DNA of 64,000 nucleotides from Bugula neritina (taxonomy: Eukaryota; Animalia; Bryozoa), in the NCBI GenBank assembly GCA_964035545.1, contig OZ037768.1, positions 24,585,319 through 24,649,318 on the forward strand, read 5' to 3'. The position numbers were made by a program, and so were the translations under genes. Under the pieces are notes generated by a model that saw only the letters and a list, made by a program, of their open reading frames with translations, searched no databases and was not told the origin of the DNA. This document shows, in pieces, positions 24,430 through 38,590 of the stretch (positions are counted from its first letter, which is position 1; each line of letters opens with the position of its first letter).

Positions 24430-27180
24430 TTAAAGAAGTCGGCGTCTAGGCATGTAGCGTGTATTGTAAGTTAAAGTGCGTTCATCTACAACACTATGGG
24501 CCGGAGTAGAGTAACCCTGTAACCTTGACACCATCTCTATAGACCTCTGTCTCTCTGCAGCCTCTCTTTCATACCTTCTAGCTCGCAGTTCACTCATGCT
24601 TGGCCTTTTTGGGGATGATTTTTCGTGTTCTACTGAGTCTTGTGATTTCTTAAGTTTCTTTTTCTTGTCTTTTTTATGTTTGTGTTTCTTGGAAGGAACA
24701 GGACTGTCAGCTCTGTGGAGTGATACTTCAGCAGATCTCTTGTAGCGATTAGCCTGTGTTCTTCTCTTAGTCTGGTTTCCTCGGCTGTGAGGTGCCTCTA
24801 TTGTAACCTGAGAGAGAGAGTACCAGTAGTCAGATTACATGTGGCCTGAGGCTAAATGCACATAGCCTTAGACTCTGTCATAGCCTAAGACTCTGTCATA
24901 GCCTTAGACTCAGTCATAGCTCAGACTCTGTCATAGCCTTAGACTCTGTCATAGCCTTAGACTCAGTCATAGCCTTAGATTCTGTGAGTTACTCACCTCT
25001 TTAGCTCTTCCATAGTACAAATCCTCGGCTTGCTTTTTTTTATCCAGATTAGTCTTCATTGACAGCAGAGGGTCAGCATTCTTCAGTAACTCTTGCTGAC
25101 TGAATGATGGACTAAAATATACAGTATTATGGAGAGAACAACTCCATCAGCTTTCTCATGCTCTAATACTCAGGTAATACTCAGGTAGTATTCAGGTAAT
25201 ATTCAGGTAGTATTCAGGTAATATTCAGGTAGTATTCAGGTAATACTCAGGTAGTATTCAGGTAATATTCAGGTAGTATTTAGACTAATATAGATAATTG
25301 TTCAGTCAGTCAGAAGATTAAGTGTGACCAGATGAATAGAGAAGGGACTTACACCTGACCGTCTCTCTCCCCCGTCCTGCCAGCTGACTGAGTGTACCAT
25401 GGCTTGCTGCCTGTCATGAGGGACAACATGGATTAGTTGATGGAGTTTAAAGCAACTTTGGTTCTATTAAAAGCTTCTAATTTGAACCCCAAAGATATTT
25501 AAAAAACGTTGATAAAAATAGACTAGAGGCACAGCTGTTACTCTGTATATAAACAAGAGTAGCACAAGTGGTACTCTGTATATAAACAAGAGAAGCACAA
25601 GTGTTACTCTGTATATAAACAAGAGAAGCACAAGTGTTACTCTGTATATAAACAAGAGAAGCACAAGTGTTACTCCGTATATAAACAAGAGTAGCACAAG
25701 TGTTACTCTGTATATAAACAAGAGAAGCACAAGTGTTACTCTGTATATAAACAAGAGAAGCACAAGTGTTACTTGATACCTAAAGACTCAGGCGCACTTT
25801 GTCCCAAGTATGTCAAGTAGCCAATTTTCTTTTCATAGGCTTCTTGAGCTTTTCTCTTTTCCTCCTCATAATCTTTGTTAGATCCTTGAGACTTTTTCTA
25901 TAAGTAATATACAACAGCTACACGTTAATATATACCAGCTACACAGTAATATATACCAGCTACACAGTAATATATACCAGTACACAGTAATATATACCAG
26001 CACACAGTAATATATACCAGTACACAGTAATATATACCAGTACACAGTAATATATACCAGTACACAGTAATATATACCAGCTACACAGTAATATATGCCA
26101 GTACATAGTAATATATACCAGTATACAGTAATATATACCAGTACACAGTAATATATACCAGCTACACAGTAATATATGCCAGTACATAGTAATATATACC
26201 AGCTACACAGTAATATATACCAGTACACAGTAATATATACCAGCTACACGGTAATATATAACAGTACACAGTAATATATACCAGTACACGGTAATATATA
26301 CCAGTACACAGTAATATATACCAGTACACAGTCAGATATAAAAGCTACAGAGTAATATATACCAGTACACAGTAATATATACCAGTACACAGTCAGATAT
26401 AAAAGCTACACAGTAACACTACTTACTATACCTTTTGCTCAAAATCTTCAAACAAGTTAATGTGTTTGTCGGGAGGGTACGCTGTATTGAGTGGGACGTA
26501 CTCTCTCTCTGTTTCACTTTTCTCCCCATCTTCATCTATCACTGGCACTGGCTCTTGTGGTAAATCCCACTGATGCTCTTTTTCTGCTTCTTTTTCCGCC
26601 TTGGCTTTCTCTCGTAAAATGCAGATACGAGCTTCTTGTTCCTAAAAAATACCAGGTTTATGAGCACAGAAGATTTCATTACATGCAAAGGCTTAAAATT
26701 GAAAGACAATCATAAGAAATTTAAGTTGCACGTTTCTGTATTTAGGAATGCATCAATAATTACAAAATTGCTTGGCCACAAATTGTTGATAAGAGAATAA
26801 CTTACTGCTAGAGCTTTTCTTTTAGCCACCTCTTGTTCTTCTTCGAGAGCTTTTGCTTCATCTCTCCTCACTCTAGCCACATTGTCTTTGTTTCGCACAT
26901 GCCAACTAATATTAGCAAAATATTCATCGTATTATCACATATACTATCTATATCATGCAGCCATTAACAACACACACTACATCCCACAACCATTAAATTG
27001 CTCAACTCACACACATACCCAATGTAACACTTACACACTGTCATACATGAGGCATGTAACTTGCACATTTTTGATAACTAAATGTTCAAACAACACAAAA
27101 TGAGTACAGAGTGAGAGCAAGCTCAACTTCATGTCGAAATGAAAATTTTACACTTACCTTTTTTTTGGTAGGATATTCAT
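24430..27180 (-). CDS. LENG1: LENG1 (leukocyte receptor cluster member 1; Cir_N domain)
   Basis: Spliced N-terminus [32 protein letters not shown] (exons 27158-27180, 26806-26905, 26432-26641), then [11 protein letters not shown] and DPL motifs, ending [18 protein letters not shown] with TAA at 24430-32. Confidence 0.9.
25535..26415. repeat. 36-bp (25535-25772) and 20/21-bp (25915-26415) minisatellites in LENG1 introns
   Basis: Direct tandem copies. Confidence 0.9.
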
Positions 27181-28542
27181 TGTGATAGTGTTAACTTAAA
27201 CTAGAGCTTCATGTTTTACTTTTAGGATATCAATCTTGATTTAAGCTTTTTCTAAATAATAAAGTTGAATGTAATTATTATTAATATTATTTATATTAAT
27301 ATAAATAAGTATAACACTAAGTCTAACAGAATCAGAATGAGAATATAAATATCAAATTCAATAATAAACTAAATACAAATTATACAATAAAATTAACAAT
27401 ACCTAAATTTCTTGTCTAATTCTATAGCTACCAGTATGAGTATCGGGCATCGGCTATCACTATCATTATCAGTATGACTATGAGTATGAGTAGGAGTATC
27501 ACTATCAGTATCAGTATGACTATGGTCTATCACTATGAGTATGAGTATCACGATCAATATCAATATGAATAATGAATAATACTTTTCAACTGACAACTCA
27601 TATCTCCATTTCAATTTGCACCAAAAAGCTGGTTATAATTCATCAGTGTCCACCTAACATTATATTGAAGAAAAAATACATTTAGATACACTTTTACTTC
27701 GTGATTAATATCAATTAGTTCATAAATTATCAATGTTGTCACTCTAAAATCTAAATATTACGGTAGCGGACGAATTTGTAGCCAGGGAGCCTTTGGGTTA
27801 TCGGTTCAAAGTTTTCAAATCAGTGGTACCTGCTGCATAATGGGTGTGTTAACCAGTAACGCAGAGAAAAGGTTATGTCAAGGTAAATAGTAGTCGCACA
27901 AGTTCACGCATTAGTAATATTTTCTTCTAAGCATGATTTTTATTATTATCATCACCCATTAGTGATTACTAGTAATTATCATCAATTACTAGTACTACTA
28001 GTAGTTACTAGCATAAGTTTATAAGCTCACATTTGTTAATGGTTTTCGCAGTAATTGTAAACTGCTTTTTGTAAGATATAATAAATGATGGTAATTTAAT
28101 AATAAATATACTTATAGTTATACTTATAGTAATTTATATTTTTGTAATATAAATAATAAATATTAATATTATAATTATTAATAATAATATAATTCTATTC
28201 CTAAGGCTAAAGATATTCATTTTGATACTCGTACTGATACTGATAGTGATGCAATCACAAATTTGTAAAGTTATACGAATGTCTAAACTTATACTTATAA
28301 GCTATAACGTAAAGGCTAATTAATTCTACTACTACTAGCACTAGCAGTAGTACTACTATTAGTCTATAAATCATAAATAGGTTGCAGTTACTGTTAGTGC
28401 CTCGTCATGCCATATTATTATACTTGTGTCTTATTAGTTATTAACTAACCAAACTTAATCTTGTAGCTATGGCCATTTCGGCAGTGCCATTTTGATTTAG
28501 AATTGCTTTCTGTCTCTGTTTGCAGAGAAGTTTCCATTTCAA

Positions 28543-31383
28543 ATGTCATCAAAGGAAGAGCAAGCAGCCACTCAGAGTAACTCGTGCTCTGTGCAGGGTA
28601 CTAATGACCATAGCATACTAAGCAAACATGCCATGTGCAAGACTGGCTACTCCTACGACCCCTTTCTGCAGTCCTTTACTCTGAAGTCAGCTCCTAGGCG
28701 CTCCCCACTCATTAATAGAGGATATTACATCAGAGATCAGGCTGTGCAGATATCTCTACACTCATTTCTCAAGGAAAGCAGCAGTGACTCAGTTGCCAAG
28801 CAGATCATATCACTGGGTGCTGGGTTCGACACATCATTCTTTAAACTCTCCTCCCAATCCAATGACACTTTATCAGCCGTCTACTATGTGGAAGTTGATT
28901 TCCCTGAAGTAGCTGAGAGGAAGCGCGTGCTCATAGAGAGAAGTGATTTGTGTAGGTCAGTTATAGACACAGCTGAGCGATTCACTCCCACACACCCCTG
29001 CGTTAAACTCGCTACTTCACAGTATTGTCTGCTGGGTATAGACTTAGCTGACGTCAGCTTGCTGGCAGAAGTTTTCTCTAGTCACACAAAGCTGGCTATG
29101 GAGTTGCCCACCCTCCTTCTCTCCGAATGTGTTATGACGTACATGGAGCCAGCTCTCTCTTCGCAACTCATTCAACTTCTCCACAGTCTCTTCCCCTGCT
29201 CAGTGTTCATTACGTACGAGCAAGTTGTGCCAGATGACGCCTTCGGCTTGTTCATGCAGTCTCACTTCACCAAACTGAACTCTTCTCTCAGAGGTATCAA
29301 CACGTATCCCACCAAACAAGCACAGAGGGAGAGGTATCTCGTCACGGGCTATAATAAGGTGGATGTGCTAACAATGAAGGAGGTGTACGACAACCTCTCT
29401 TTAGCAGAAAAGAACAGAATCTGGAAACTGGAGTTGTTTGATGAGTTTGAGGAGTGGAATCTAAAATGTTATCATTACGTGTTGGTGTTGGCTCGGAGTG
29501 ACGCCAGCTTCACTCACCTGGAACTTCTCATAGACTCCTTCCTTCAACCCAATCCTTGTGAGCTCTTCTTCCATCTGTATAATATTATCATGTGTCTGTT
29601 GGTAGTTGTCATCTCATTTCTTATATTATTGTAGAGTAGACAAGTATCAAGTTCTTTTCATTTTGTGTAGTAAATGCGGTGGATGTGAGTTTAGACTTAG
29701 TTCCCGCTGTGTGTAGTGGTGTCAGTGCGGAGCAGTATGGGCATGCCTCTTGTCTACTGTCCAGTGAAGATGCCAAGGCTATGCTATTGACACACGGTGG
29801 TTTCGGTGTTGATAAGGGTCAGCATTGCAGACAGAATAGGCTGAGATTCTATTCTATATCTCTAACAGGTAACTCAAGTAATACTCTGTATCTCTAACAG
29901 GTAACTCAAGTAATACTCTGTATCTCTAAGCCTAGGGCCACACTGTGCGTATTTTCGCATGCGAAAATTAAAATCGCAAGTAGCAAAGGTGTCCACTGTA
30001 GCGTCAGTGATGCGTGATAAATAAAGCTGTCATTTTTAAATCGCACTCGCTTTCAATAAAACGCAATTTACTGGAATGTAGCACTAAAATAAAGAAGTTG
30101 GGCTCGCTGAATAACTACCAGCCAATTAGGTGACGATGACAGAGACGATTCGCACTTGTCGCTCAGCATTTTCAACGCAAGTGCGAACGTTTTCTCAACG
30201 CGCACAGTGGACACCTTTGCTATTTGTGATTTCAATTTTCGCATGCGAAAATACGCACCGTGTGGCCCTAGGCTAACAGGTAACTCAAGTAATACTCTGT
30301 ATCTCTGATAGCAGCCCCCACGACGTCTTGTTGCTGTTGCAGATAGCTCTTTGGTGTTCAGGGGATATTCTGATGTGCTCTCGTGTCGACTGCATCACAC
30401 TTTCACTCCTCTTTCTGACTCCAAAGTCTTTGTTTTTGGAGGTAGACTGTCACCTGCTAAACCTTTCGCACATCCTGTGATGCTTAATGTCGCAGTCAAT
30501 TCTGGTAATTTACCCCTGTGAATAATACTGTATACACTCCTGTGAATGATACTGTATACACTCCTGTGAATAACCACAAGTACATGTGCACTCTATTTCA
30601 GAAGGTGAAAGTGTAATCACAGCCAGCGATATTGAAAGTGGTGGCAGTGAACCCCAGGCCAGGTGGCGACATGCAGCTGTATGTGTGAGACTTGATGGTG
30701 TTGATCATGTGATCATTACGGGTACGTACTCCCTACCCCCCCCCCCTAGTAGCCTTAGATTCCTTACATGCTTGAGCGAGTCTATCCACTCACTGTTGTC
30801 TCTCGTATCTGTAGGAGGTCTCACTGCAGCAGTGAACTCTGGAGACAGCGCAGCACTAACATCCTGTCACATGTTCAACACTAGCACAAACGTGTGGAGT
30901 TCTCTCCCCTCCTACCAACAACCTCTCCACTCACACGCCCTGTGCTATGATGGTTGCAGCTACCTGTATAGTGTTGGAGGTCTGTGCGGCAGAGAGAAAG
31001 TAACTGCTGGTTGCCACAGACTGGACTTGACTTGTTTGTCAGATGGTTGGGGAGTTGTCCCTCTCCCAGTGCAGCCCGTGTTTGGGCACACAATGCACCT
31101 GGTTGGTGGGAAGATGGTTGTAGTGGGTGGTATTGGTGAGCAGGGCCAGCAAATGGGTGTTCAGATTGTTAGCCTTTCTCCTATTGGATGTAGACACTTG
31201 AATTTACCAATAGAATTAGACAGCTCACTGAAAATGTATTTCCATCATTCTAGTCACGTACTCTCTGCTCCTGGCACTCAGCCAAGAATTTTAGTGGCTG
31301 GCGGGGGAGGCAATTGCTTCTCATTTGGAACCCACATTAATAAAAACATTTCCTTTCTTTCTCTTTGTGATATTTTAAAGTAA
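28543..31383 (+). CDS. LCMT2: tRNA wybutosine-synthesizing protein 4 (LCM methyltransferase plus Kelch-like repeats)
   Basis: VQGTNDHSILSK, RRSPLINRGYYIR, SLGAGFDT, EVDFPEV, LSECVMTYM, FDEFEEW and the C-terminal GGGGNCFSFGTH. Exons ~28543-29557, 29671-29868, ~30344-30504, 30602-30721, 30815-31383. Confidence 0.93.
29930..30273. mobile_element. PIF/Harbinger-type MITE, copy 1
   Basis: 344 bp, ~70-bp TIRs starting GCCTAGGGCCACAC, perfect TAA target duplication. Confidence 0.88.
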
Positions 31384-32081
31384 ACTCCTTAGGTAGCCCC
31401 TGCTCTCCTAACTTTGATTAATATACTATTAGCATTTTAAATGTTGTTTTCATATTTTAATATTTAATATACATTATGTATAACTGTATAAAGTGTATAA
31501 TAAGTTTATGTTGCCTTGCTCAGGCCATCAATATTTATTGCAGTGTTTTCACCAATAATACACCGAATATTCTTCCATGGGCAGTGTGCAACACACATCA
31601 ACAAGAATGTAAATTAAATGACCTTTACATAGACACTACCATTCTACATGGGTTGAAAAAAAGTGTAAATACAAACAATTCAAAACAAATAAAAATCTTT
31701 AAGTAGCATGGTTGTTACACATCACGTTTCTTCTAAAACTGGTTCATTTTAATAAATTATTTGAAATTCTAGTCAATTCTGCTATATGGAATTAATGACA
31801 GGCTACCAACAGTACAATGATGACGCAAACACGCTTTCCATTTACGGAGTTGTCATTCCGCTAATTACAAATTTAGCCTCATATACCTGCTTGCCCAATA
31901 ATTTTAATTTGCGTTATTTGAGTTGCAAAATATTTTAATGAAAAATAGCAAAAATTCACGAGAGTAATAATTATTAATATTTTTTTCTATTGATTTTGTT
32001 GAAAAATAATTTAAGTTGTTCGGTTACGAGGCTGGCAAAACATTCGAGTTCAAGGAAAAGATAAGTTCAAGGGCGGTTGAA

Positions 32082-35000
32082 ATGGATTCAGTCACCAAAA
32101 TTTCCCAAACCAGCAGCATCCTTGAAGAGTCAATTATTTCTCAAGCAGATCAAATACTTCAAACGCGCCTCAAGGAGTCAAAGACGCTGGTTAAACAAAA
32201 TGGAGAAACCGTAGAAATAGTGACGCTTACATTAGCCGATGCAATTCCTGGCGTTAGCTTTAATTTGGATAAGTCTCAACTTGAGAGTGAGACTCAGACT
32301 GGAAGTGGAAGTCAAAGTGAATCTCTTGCCAAACCAAAAGACCTTTGTTATGATGATGACACAACTTCAAAAGAGAATCGGCTGGATGCTGATTCCAATT
32401 CAAAGGTAAATCAAATTTCTTCTCGTGCTGATCGTAACGATCAATTTCAAATCAGTTTGCCTTCAAGGCCATCCATATCGACCTCTCTGGGGTCAAAATC
32501 TCTCATCAGTGCTGCAGAAAAGCGAATTGTTGTTTCTAATAACAAAATCACCAATATATGTAACAAGCCGGTTACCAATGAAAGTGTGCTGGGTAGTTCG
32601 ATAATAGCTGACACGGATTTAGAAAGAAGCAGTAGAAGATTACCTACGGATAATGTTAAACTTAATAATACGTCTGAAGCGAACATTGATAACTCTAACT
32701 CTGATAATCAGTTTTTGATTGTCTCCAACCCTTCAACTTCCACAGAATTTACAGCATCTCATTCAGATGGCAAACTTACTTTTATTTCTACAAAACTGTC
32801 GGACATAGATAGTTCTACCTCAAACATGGAAGGAGATTGTTCACTTGCCGAACAAATCGAAATTGAGCCTCACCACCGCATGCCATATGCAGACACCGAT
32901 GTCATGTTACATACGCCTAGCAATGATGAGCTGCTTAAAGGTAAAAGTTTTCTATTTGCAGGTGTTGAAAAATCTTGTTTGTCAGTTAATGTATTAGACT
33001 TGGTGGTTTGTATGGTGTTGTGTAGGCTACGTATTAAGCCTGCTCTGTATGTGAGCAGAAAAAATAGGCTCTTCTCTGTTGCAGACTACTCTACTTGCCT
33101 GATATGTGGAGATAAAGGCTCGGGGTTCCACTATTCCGTGTTTTCTTGTGAGGGTTGCAAAGGATTCTTCAAGCGGTCTGTTCAGAAAAACCTGACGTAC
33201 ACCTGCAAGAGTGATGGCACCTGCGAAATCAACCGCTACTCTAGAAATAACTGCCAATATTGTCGGTTCCGAAAGTGCTTACAGTTTGGAATGAAGAAAG
33301 AAGGTTTGCATCTTGTTTGATCTCATGTAGAAATAGTTGTGGGTGTACTGCTTTGTTGTAATGGAATATCTTGCAGTGTGCTCAGTTATTGCCCATCAGT
33401 TATTCTGTATACTTAGTATATTGTATTGTATCGTATGTTATAAATACAGGTGTGCGAGATGACAGGACTCCAGGTGGACTCGCTCGTACTCGACTCAAGA
33501 GATTTCGTCGTCCAGACCATGAGTACCTGCCCATCACCGAGAGCGAACAATCCCAAATTCAGCTGGAAAATGACATCCAACTTCTGGTCAACTGCGACCC
33601 TTACATAGCGCCTTGCTTTGTCACTACCGAAGGTACAGTAACTCTTGACTAGTAACTTTTGACTAGTAACTCTTAACTAATAACTCTGAACTAGTAACTC
33701 TTGACTAGTAACTCTTAACTAATAACTCTAAGCCTAGGGCCACACGGTGCGTATTTTCGCATGCGAAAATTGAAATCACAAGTAGCAAAGGTGTCCACTG
33801 TGCGCGTTGAGAAAACCTTCGCACTTGTCGCTCTGCATTTTCAACGCAAGTGCGAATCGTCTCTGTCGTCGTCACCTAATTGGCTGGTAGCTATTCAGCG
33901 AGCCCAATTTCTTTATTTAGTGCTACATTCCAGTAAATTGCGTTTTATTGAAAGCGAGTGCGATTTAAAAATGAAAGCTTTATTTATCACGCATCACTGA
34001 CGCTACAGTGGACACCTTTGCTACTTGTGATTTTAATTTTCGCATGCGAAAATACGCGCAGTGTGGCCCTAGGCTTAACTAATAACTCTGAACTAGTAAC
34101 TCTTGACTAGTAACTCTTGACTAGTAACTCTTGACTAGTAACTCTTGACTAGTTACTTTTGACTAGCAACTCTTGACTAACAACTCTTGACTAGTAACTC
34201 TTGACTAGTAACTCTTGACTAGTAACTCTTGACTAGTAACTCTTGACTAATAACTCTTGACTAACAACTTTTGACCTACAATTTGCAGAGAAAACTGCCA
34301 CGTTGTACGGAGCCTTTCAGCTTACCAGTATCCTGTATGACGACCTCATCTACGCCGTCAGGTGGGCCAAGAATGTGTTGGGTGAGTTTACCATATCATA
34401 TCATCTAGTATATCATATCATCTAGTATATCATATTATCTTGTATATCATATCATCTAGTATATCATATTATCTAGTATATCATATCATCTAGTATATTC
34501 ATATCATCTAGTATATCGTATCATCTAGTATATCATATCATCTAGTATATCGTATCATCTAGTATATCATATCATCTAGTATATTCATATCATCTAGTAT
34601 ATTATATCATCTAGTATATCGTATCATCTAGTATATCGTATCATCTAGTATATTCATATCATCTAGTATATTATATCATCTAGTATATCATATCATATAG
34701 TATATCGTATCATCTAGTATATCATATCATCTAGTATATCGTATCATCTAGTATATCGTATCATCTAGTATATTCATATCATCTAGTATATTATATCATC
34801 TAGTATATCATATCATATAGTATATCGTATCATCTAGTATATTATATCATCTAGTATATCATATCATCTAGTATATTCATATCATCTAGTATATCATATC
34901 ATCTAGTATATTCATATCATCTAGTATATTCATATCATCTAGTATATCATATCATCTAGTATATCATATCATCTAGTATATCATATCATCTAGTATATCA

Positions 35001-36931
35001 TGTCATATAGTATATCATATCATCTAGTATATCATATCATCTAGTATATTCATATCATCTAGTATATCGTATCATCTAGTATATCATATCATCTAGTATA
35101 TCATGTCATCTAGTATGTCATATCATCTAGTATATCATATCATCTAGTATATCATATCATATAGTATATCATATCATCTAGTATATCATATCATCTAGTA
35201 TATCATATCATCTAGTATATCATGTCATATAGTATATCATATCATCTAGTATATCATATCATCTAGTATATTCATATCATCTAGTATATCGTATCATCTA
35301 GTATATCATATCATCTAGTATATCATGTCATCTAGTATGTCATATCATCTAGTATATCATATCATCTAGTATATCATATCATATAGTATATCATATCATC
35401 TAGTATATCATATCATCTAGTATATTCATATCATCTAGTATATCATATCATATAGTATATCATATCATCTAGTATATCATATCATCTAGTATATCATGTC
35501 ATCTAGTATATCATATCATCTAGTATATTCATATCATCTAGTATATCATGTCATCTAGTATATCATATCATCTAGTATATCATGTCATCTAGTATGTCAT
35601 ATCATCTAGTATATCATATCATATAGTATATCATATCATCTAGTATATCATGTCATCTAGTATATCATATCATCTAGTATATCATGTCATCTAGTATGTC
35701 ATATCATCTAGTATATTCATATCGTTATCTAGTGAGAACTGATATCATATCGTTGTCATATCACAGGATTTCAGACGTTGGAATTTGATGATCAGAAAAG
35801 ACTGTTGGGGAGTTGTTTAGTTGAGTTGAGTCTCCTGAGAGTGGCTTACAGGTTCGTAGCATGTTTAGTACAGCAATATGTGTAATATAATATTATATAT
35901 CAGCTAGTAATATGTGTAATATAATATTATATATCAGCTAGTAATATGTGTAATATAATATTATATATCAGCTAGTAATATGTGCATTATTATATCATGT
36001 ATATTATATATCAGCTAGTAGTAGGTGTATTGTGATGGTGCAGGTCATTTGGGTCAGTGGATGGACGACTCCGATTTGCACACGATATAGAGCTCACCTT
36101 AGCCGAGTCACACCAGCTTGGCTTTGACCAGGAATATCTGGATGCTGTGGTGTTTCTGGTTGAGAAACTGAAAACTCTAGAGTTAGATGATAAAGAATAC
36201 GCCATTCTTTCGGCCATCTTGCTTTTCCAAGAAGGTGTGTTATTATATTACTAGTCATATTGTCTCACCCCTTAGATACTAGCTAGTATTGTCTCACCTC
36301 CCAGTATTATTATATTACTAGTTATATTGTCTCACCCCTTAGATACTAGCTAGTATTGTCTCACCTCCCAGTATTATTATATTACTAGTCATATTGTCTC
36401 ACCCCTTAGATACTAGCTAGTATTGTCTCACCTCCCAGTATTATTATATTACTAGTACTATTATATTACAGATACTATACTATTATCTCACAGATGCTAT
36501 ACTATTATCTCACAGATGCTATTGGGCTGAGGGACACCATGACTGTGCTGAAGTTACAGAAGAAGTATCTAACAGTGTTACAGAGATACATCCGTCTCGT
36601 GTATGCCGGAGATCTCAAGCGATACGGACGCATGCTGCTACGCCTACCTGGTATCCGCACAGCCGCCCACTCCCTCCAGGAAGTGTTCCAGCAATTCATT
36701 GTGATGGACAGACCTCCAGTGGAAGATCTTGTTGACAGCGCATTAGCTGACGACAGCGATGCACCCACAATCAGCCACCTGCAAGCAGCTGCGACACAAC
36801 AGACGGAAGCCCACACAGATGCCCCACTAGCCAACACCATCGAGGTGGAACCAGAATCTATTATTGTCGAAGCCTCCATCACAGACGAGGCTGTAGATGC
36901 GATGGAGAGTGTTACTCAGCAGGATACCTGA
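32082..36931 (+). CDS. nuclear hormone receptor, probably NR7/8-type orphan
   Basis: C4 DNA-binding domain [27 protein letters not shown]...CQYCRFRKC followed by VRDDRTPGG; ligand-binding domain signature [20 protein letters not shown] and [15 protein letters not shown]. Exons 32082-32940, 33085-33303, 33450-33632, 34289-34381, 35767-35851, 36044-36234, 36516-36931. The subfamily call is less certain than the family call. Confidence 0.9.
33635..34275. repeat. 14-bp minisatellite (AGTAACTCTTGACT) interrupted by the MITE
   Basis: The same unit lies on both sides of 33732-34074. Confidence 0.9.
33732..34074. mobile_element. PIF/Harbinger-type MITE, copy 2 (inverted relative to copy 1)
   Basis: 343 bp, near-identical reverse complement of 29930-30273, flanked by TAA/TTA. 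Confidence 0.88.
34392..35730. repeat. 17-bp minisatellite (TCATATCATCTAGTATA)
   Basis: ~1.3-kb array filling a nuclear-receptor intron. Confidence 0.95.
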
Positions 36932-37205
36932 ACAGACAACTCTATGGGTTATCCTCTAATGTTACTCTCGTCATAAGACAACTCCTCAAGTTTTATTAGC
37001 ATGCAAGATCTGTTTATCTCACTTATGTTTTTGCTTTGTACTAAGACTGTGTTTACATTTTTTCACATTATGACTGCAAGGTATGCTGTAAGAATAGATA
37101 TGCTGCTATAAGCCTGTACATATTTCATATCATATTGAATATAACTTATTGGAGTCAGATGAACAAAACAGGTTTCAATACTTTATTGGCAATCCACAAC
37201 ACAGA

Positions 37206-37866
37206 CTATGATTTCAACATTTGTGCAGCTATTCGGTCAAGGTCACGTCGGCCATTAGAGCTCAGCACTCGCCCGCCACTCTCTTGCTTCTCCACCAAAT
37301 TGAGGGCCTCCAGTTGCTGCAGTACTTTACGAGCAACGTTTTTGCTTCCTCTGGCAAAGTGACATGGCCGGGTGCCTCGGTCTCTTGAGCCTGTGAAGTA
37401 AGACAACCAGTAAGTAGAGTGAGCAGAGGGTACAGGTCACTCACAGTAAGACAAGTAAGCAAGATACAACCAAGCACATACACAACCTGACAGGTTTAGC
37501 ATGTTACTATGATGCAGAAGGTATAAATACCTCCATATATCTTAGTGAAGGCGCCAACACCACACGGAGCTCTCATGTAAAGGTGGCGGGCCATGGAGGC
37601 TGCTCTGATGTAGAACCAGTCGGGGTCGTTGGGGGCCATTTCTTTGAAACACGCCAACTTTATTATGTCACTGTTATTCATTGGCTTCATTTTACCAGAC
37701 CTTTAAGTACAGACCAAATAACACGTCTAGACAACAAAACCCTTTTGTATTCAACAACAACTCATAGCCAGTGATTCTTACAATAGACAGGAGTTACTTA
37801 CTTTTTGAAGAAGGCAGCAAGTGCCACCACAAACTTCTGTTGGTCTACGTCCTTAACACCAGGCAT
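37206..37866 (-). CDS. RPS19: 40S ribosomal protein S19 (eS19)
   Basis: Exons ~37802-37866, 37531-37701, 37206-37390 give [55 protein letters not shown]. Confidence 0.95.
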
Positions 37867-38084
37867 TCTAAACACAAGAATATCATGAGAAAACAGTGTA
37901 TCTAACATATCAATACAAATATTAAAACTAGTGTTGCCATCTATAACCAAATGTAATTATAAACTTGTCAAGCCAATAACAATAGTTCCAGTCACACTAC
38001 TACCAGTTCAATGTGAATTTTTACTACTATTGCTATAATAGTATTATAGGGAATCTATCACAAATATATTGAGTTTCACATTAA

Positions 38085-38590
38085 ATTTACTGAAATATTA
38101 TATAGGAATATTTACTGAAATATTATATAGGAATATTTACTGAAATATTATATAGGAATATTTACTGAAATATTATATAGGAATATTTACTGAAATATTA
38201 TATAGGAATATTTACTGAAATATTATATAGGAATATTTACTGAAATATTATATAGGAATATTTACTGAAATATTATATAGGAATATTTACTGAAATATTA
38301 TATAGGAATATTTACTGAAATATTATATAGGAATATTTACTGAAATATTATATAGGAATATTTACTGAAATATTATATAGGAATATTTACTGAAATATTA
38401 TATAGGAATATTTACTGAAATATTATATAGGAATATTTACTGAAATATTATATAGCAATATTTACTGAAATATTATATAGCAATATTTACTGAAATATTA
38501 TATAGCAATATTTACTGAAATATTATATAGCAATATTTACTGAAATATTATATAGCAATATTTACTGAAATATTATATAGCAATATTTAG
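38085..38590. repeat. 25-bp minisatellite
   Basis: Tandem copies of ATATTTACTGAAATATTATATAGGA in RPS19 intron 1. Confidence 0.95.

Noticed and set aside
33761-34000. 79-aa ORF
   Set aside because: It lies entirely inside a non-autonomous MITE.
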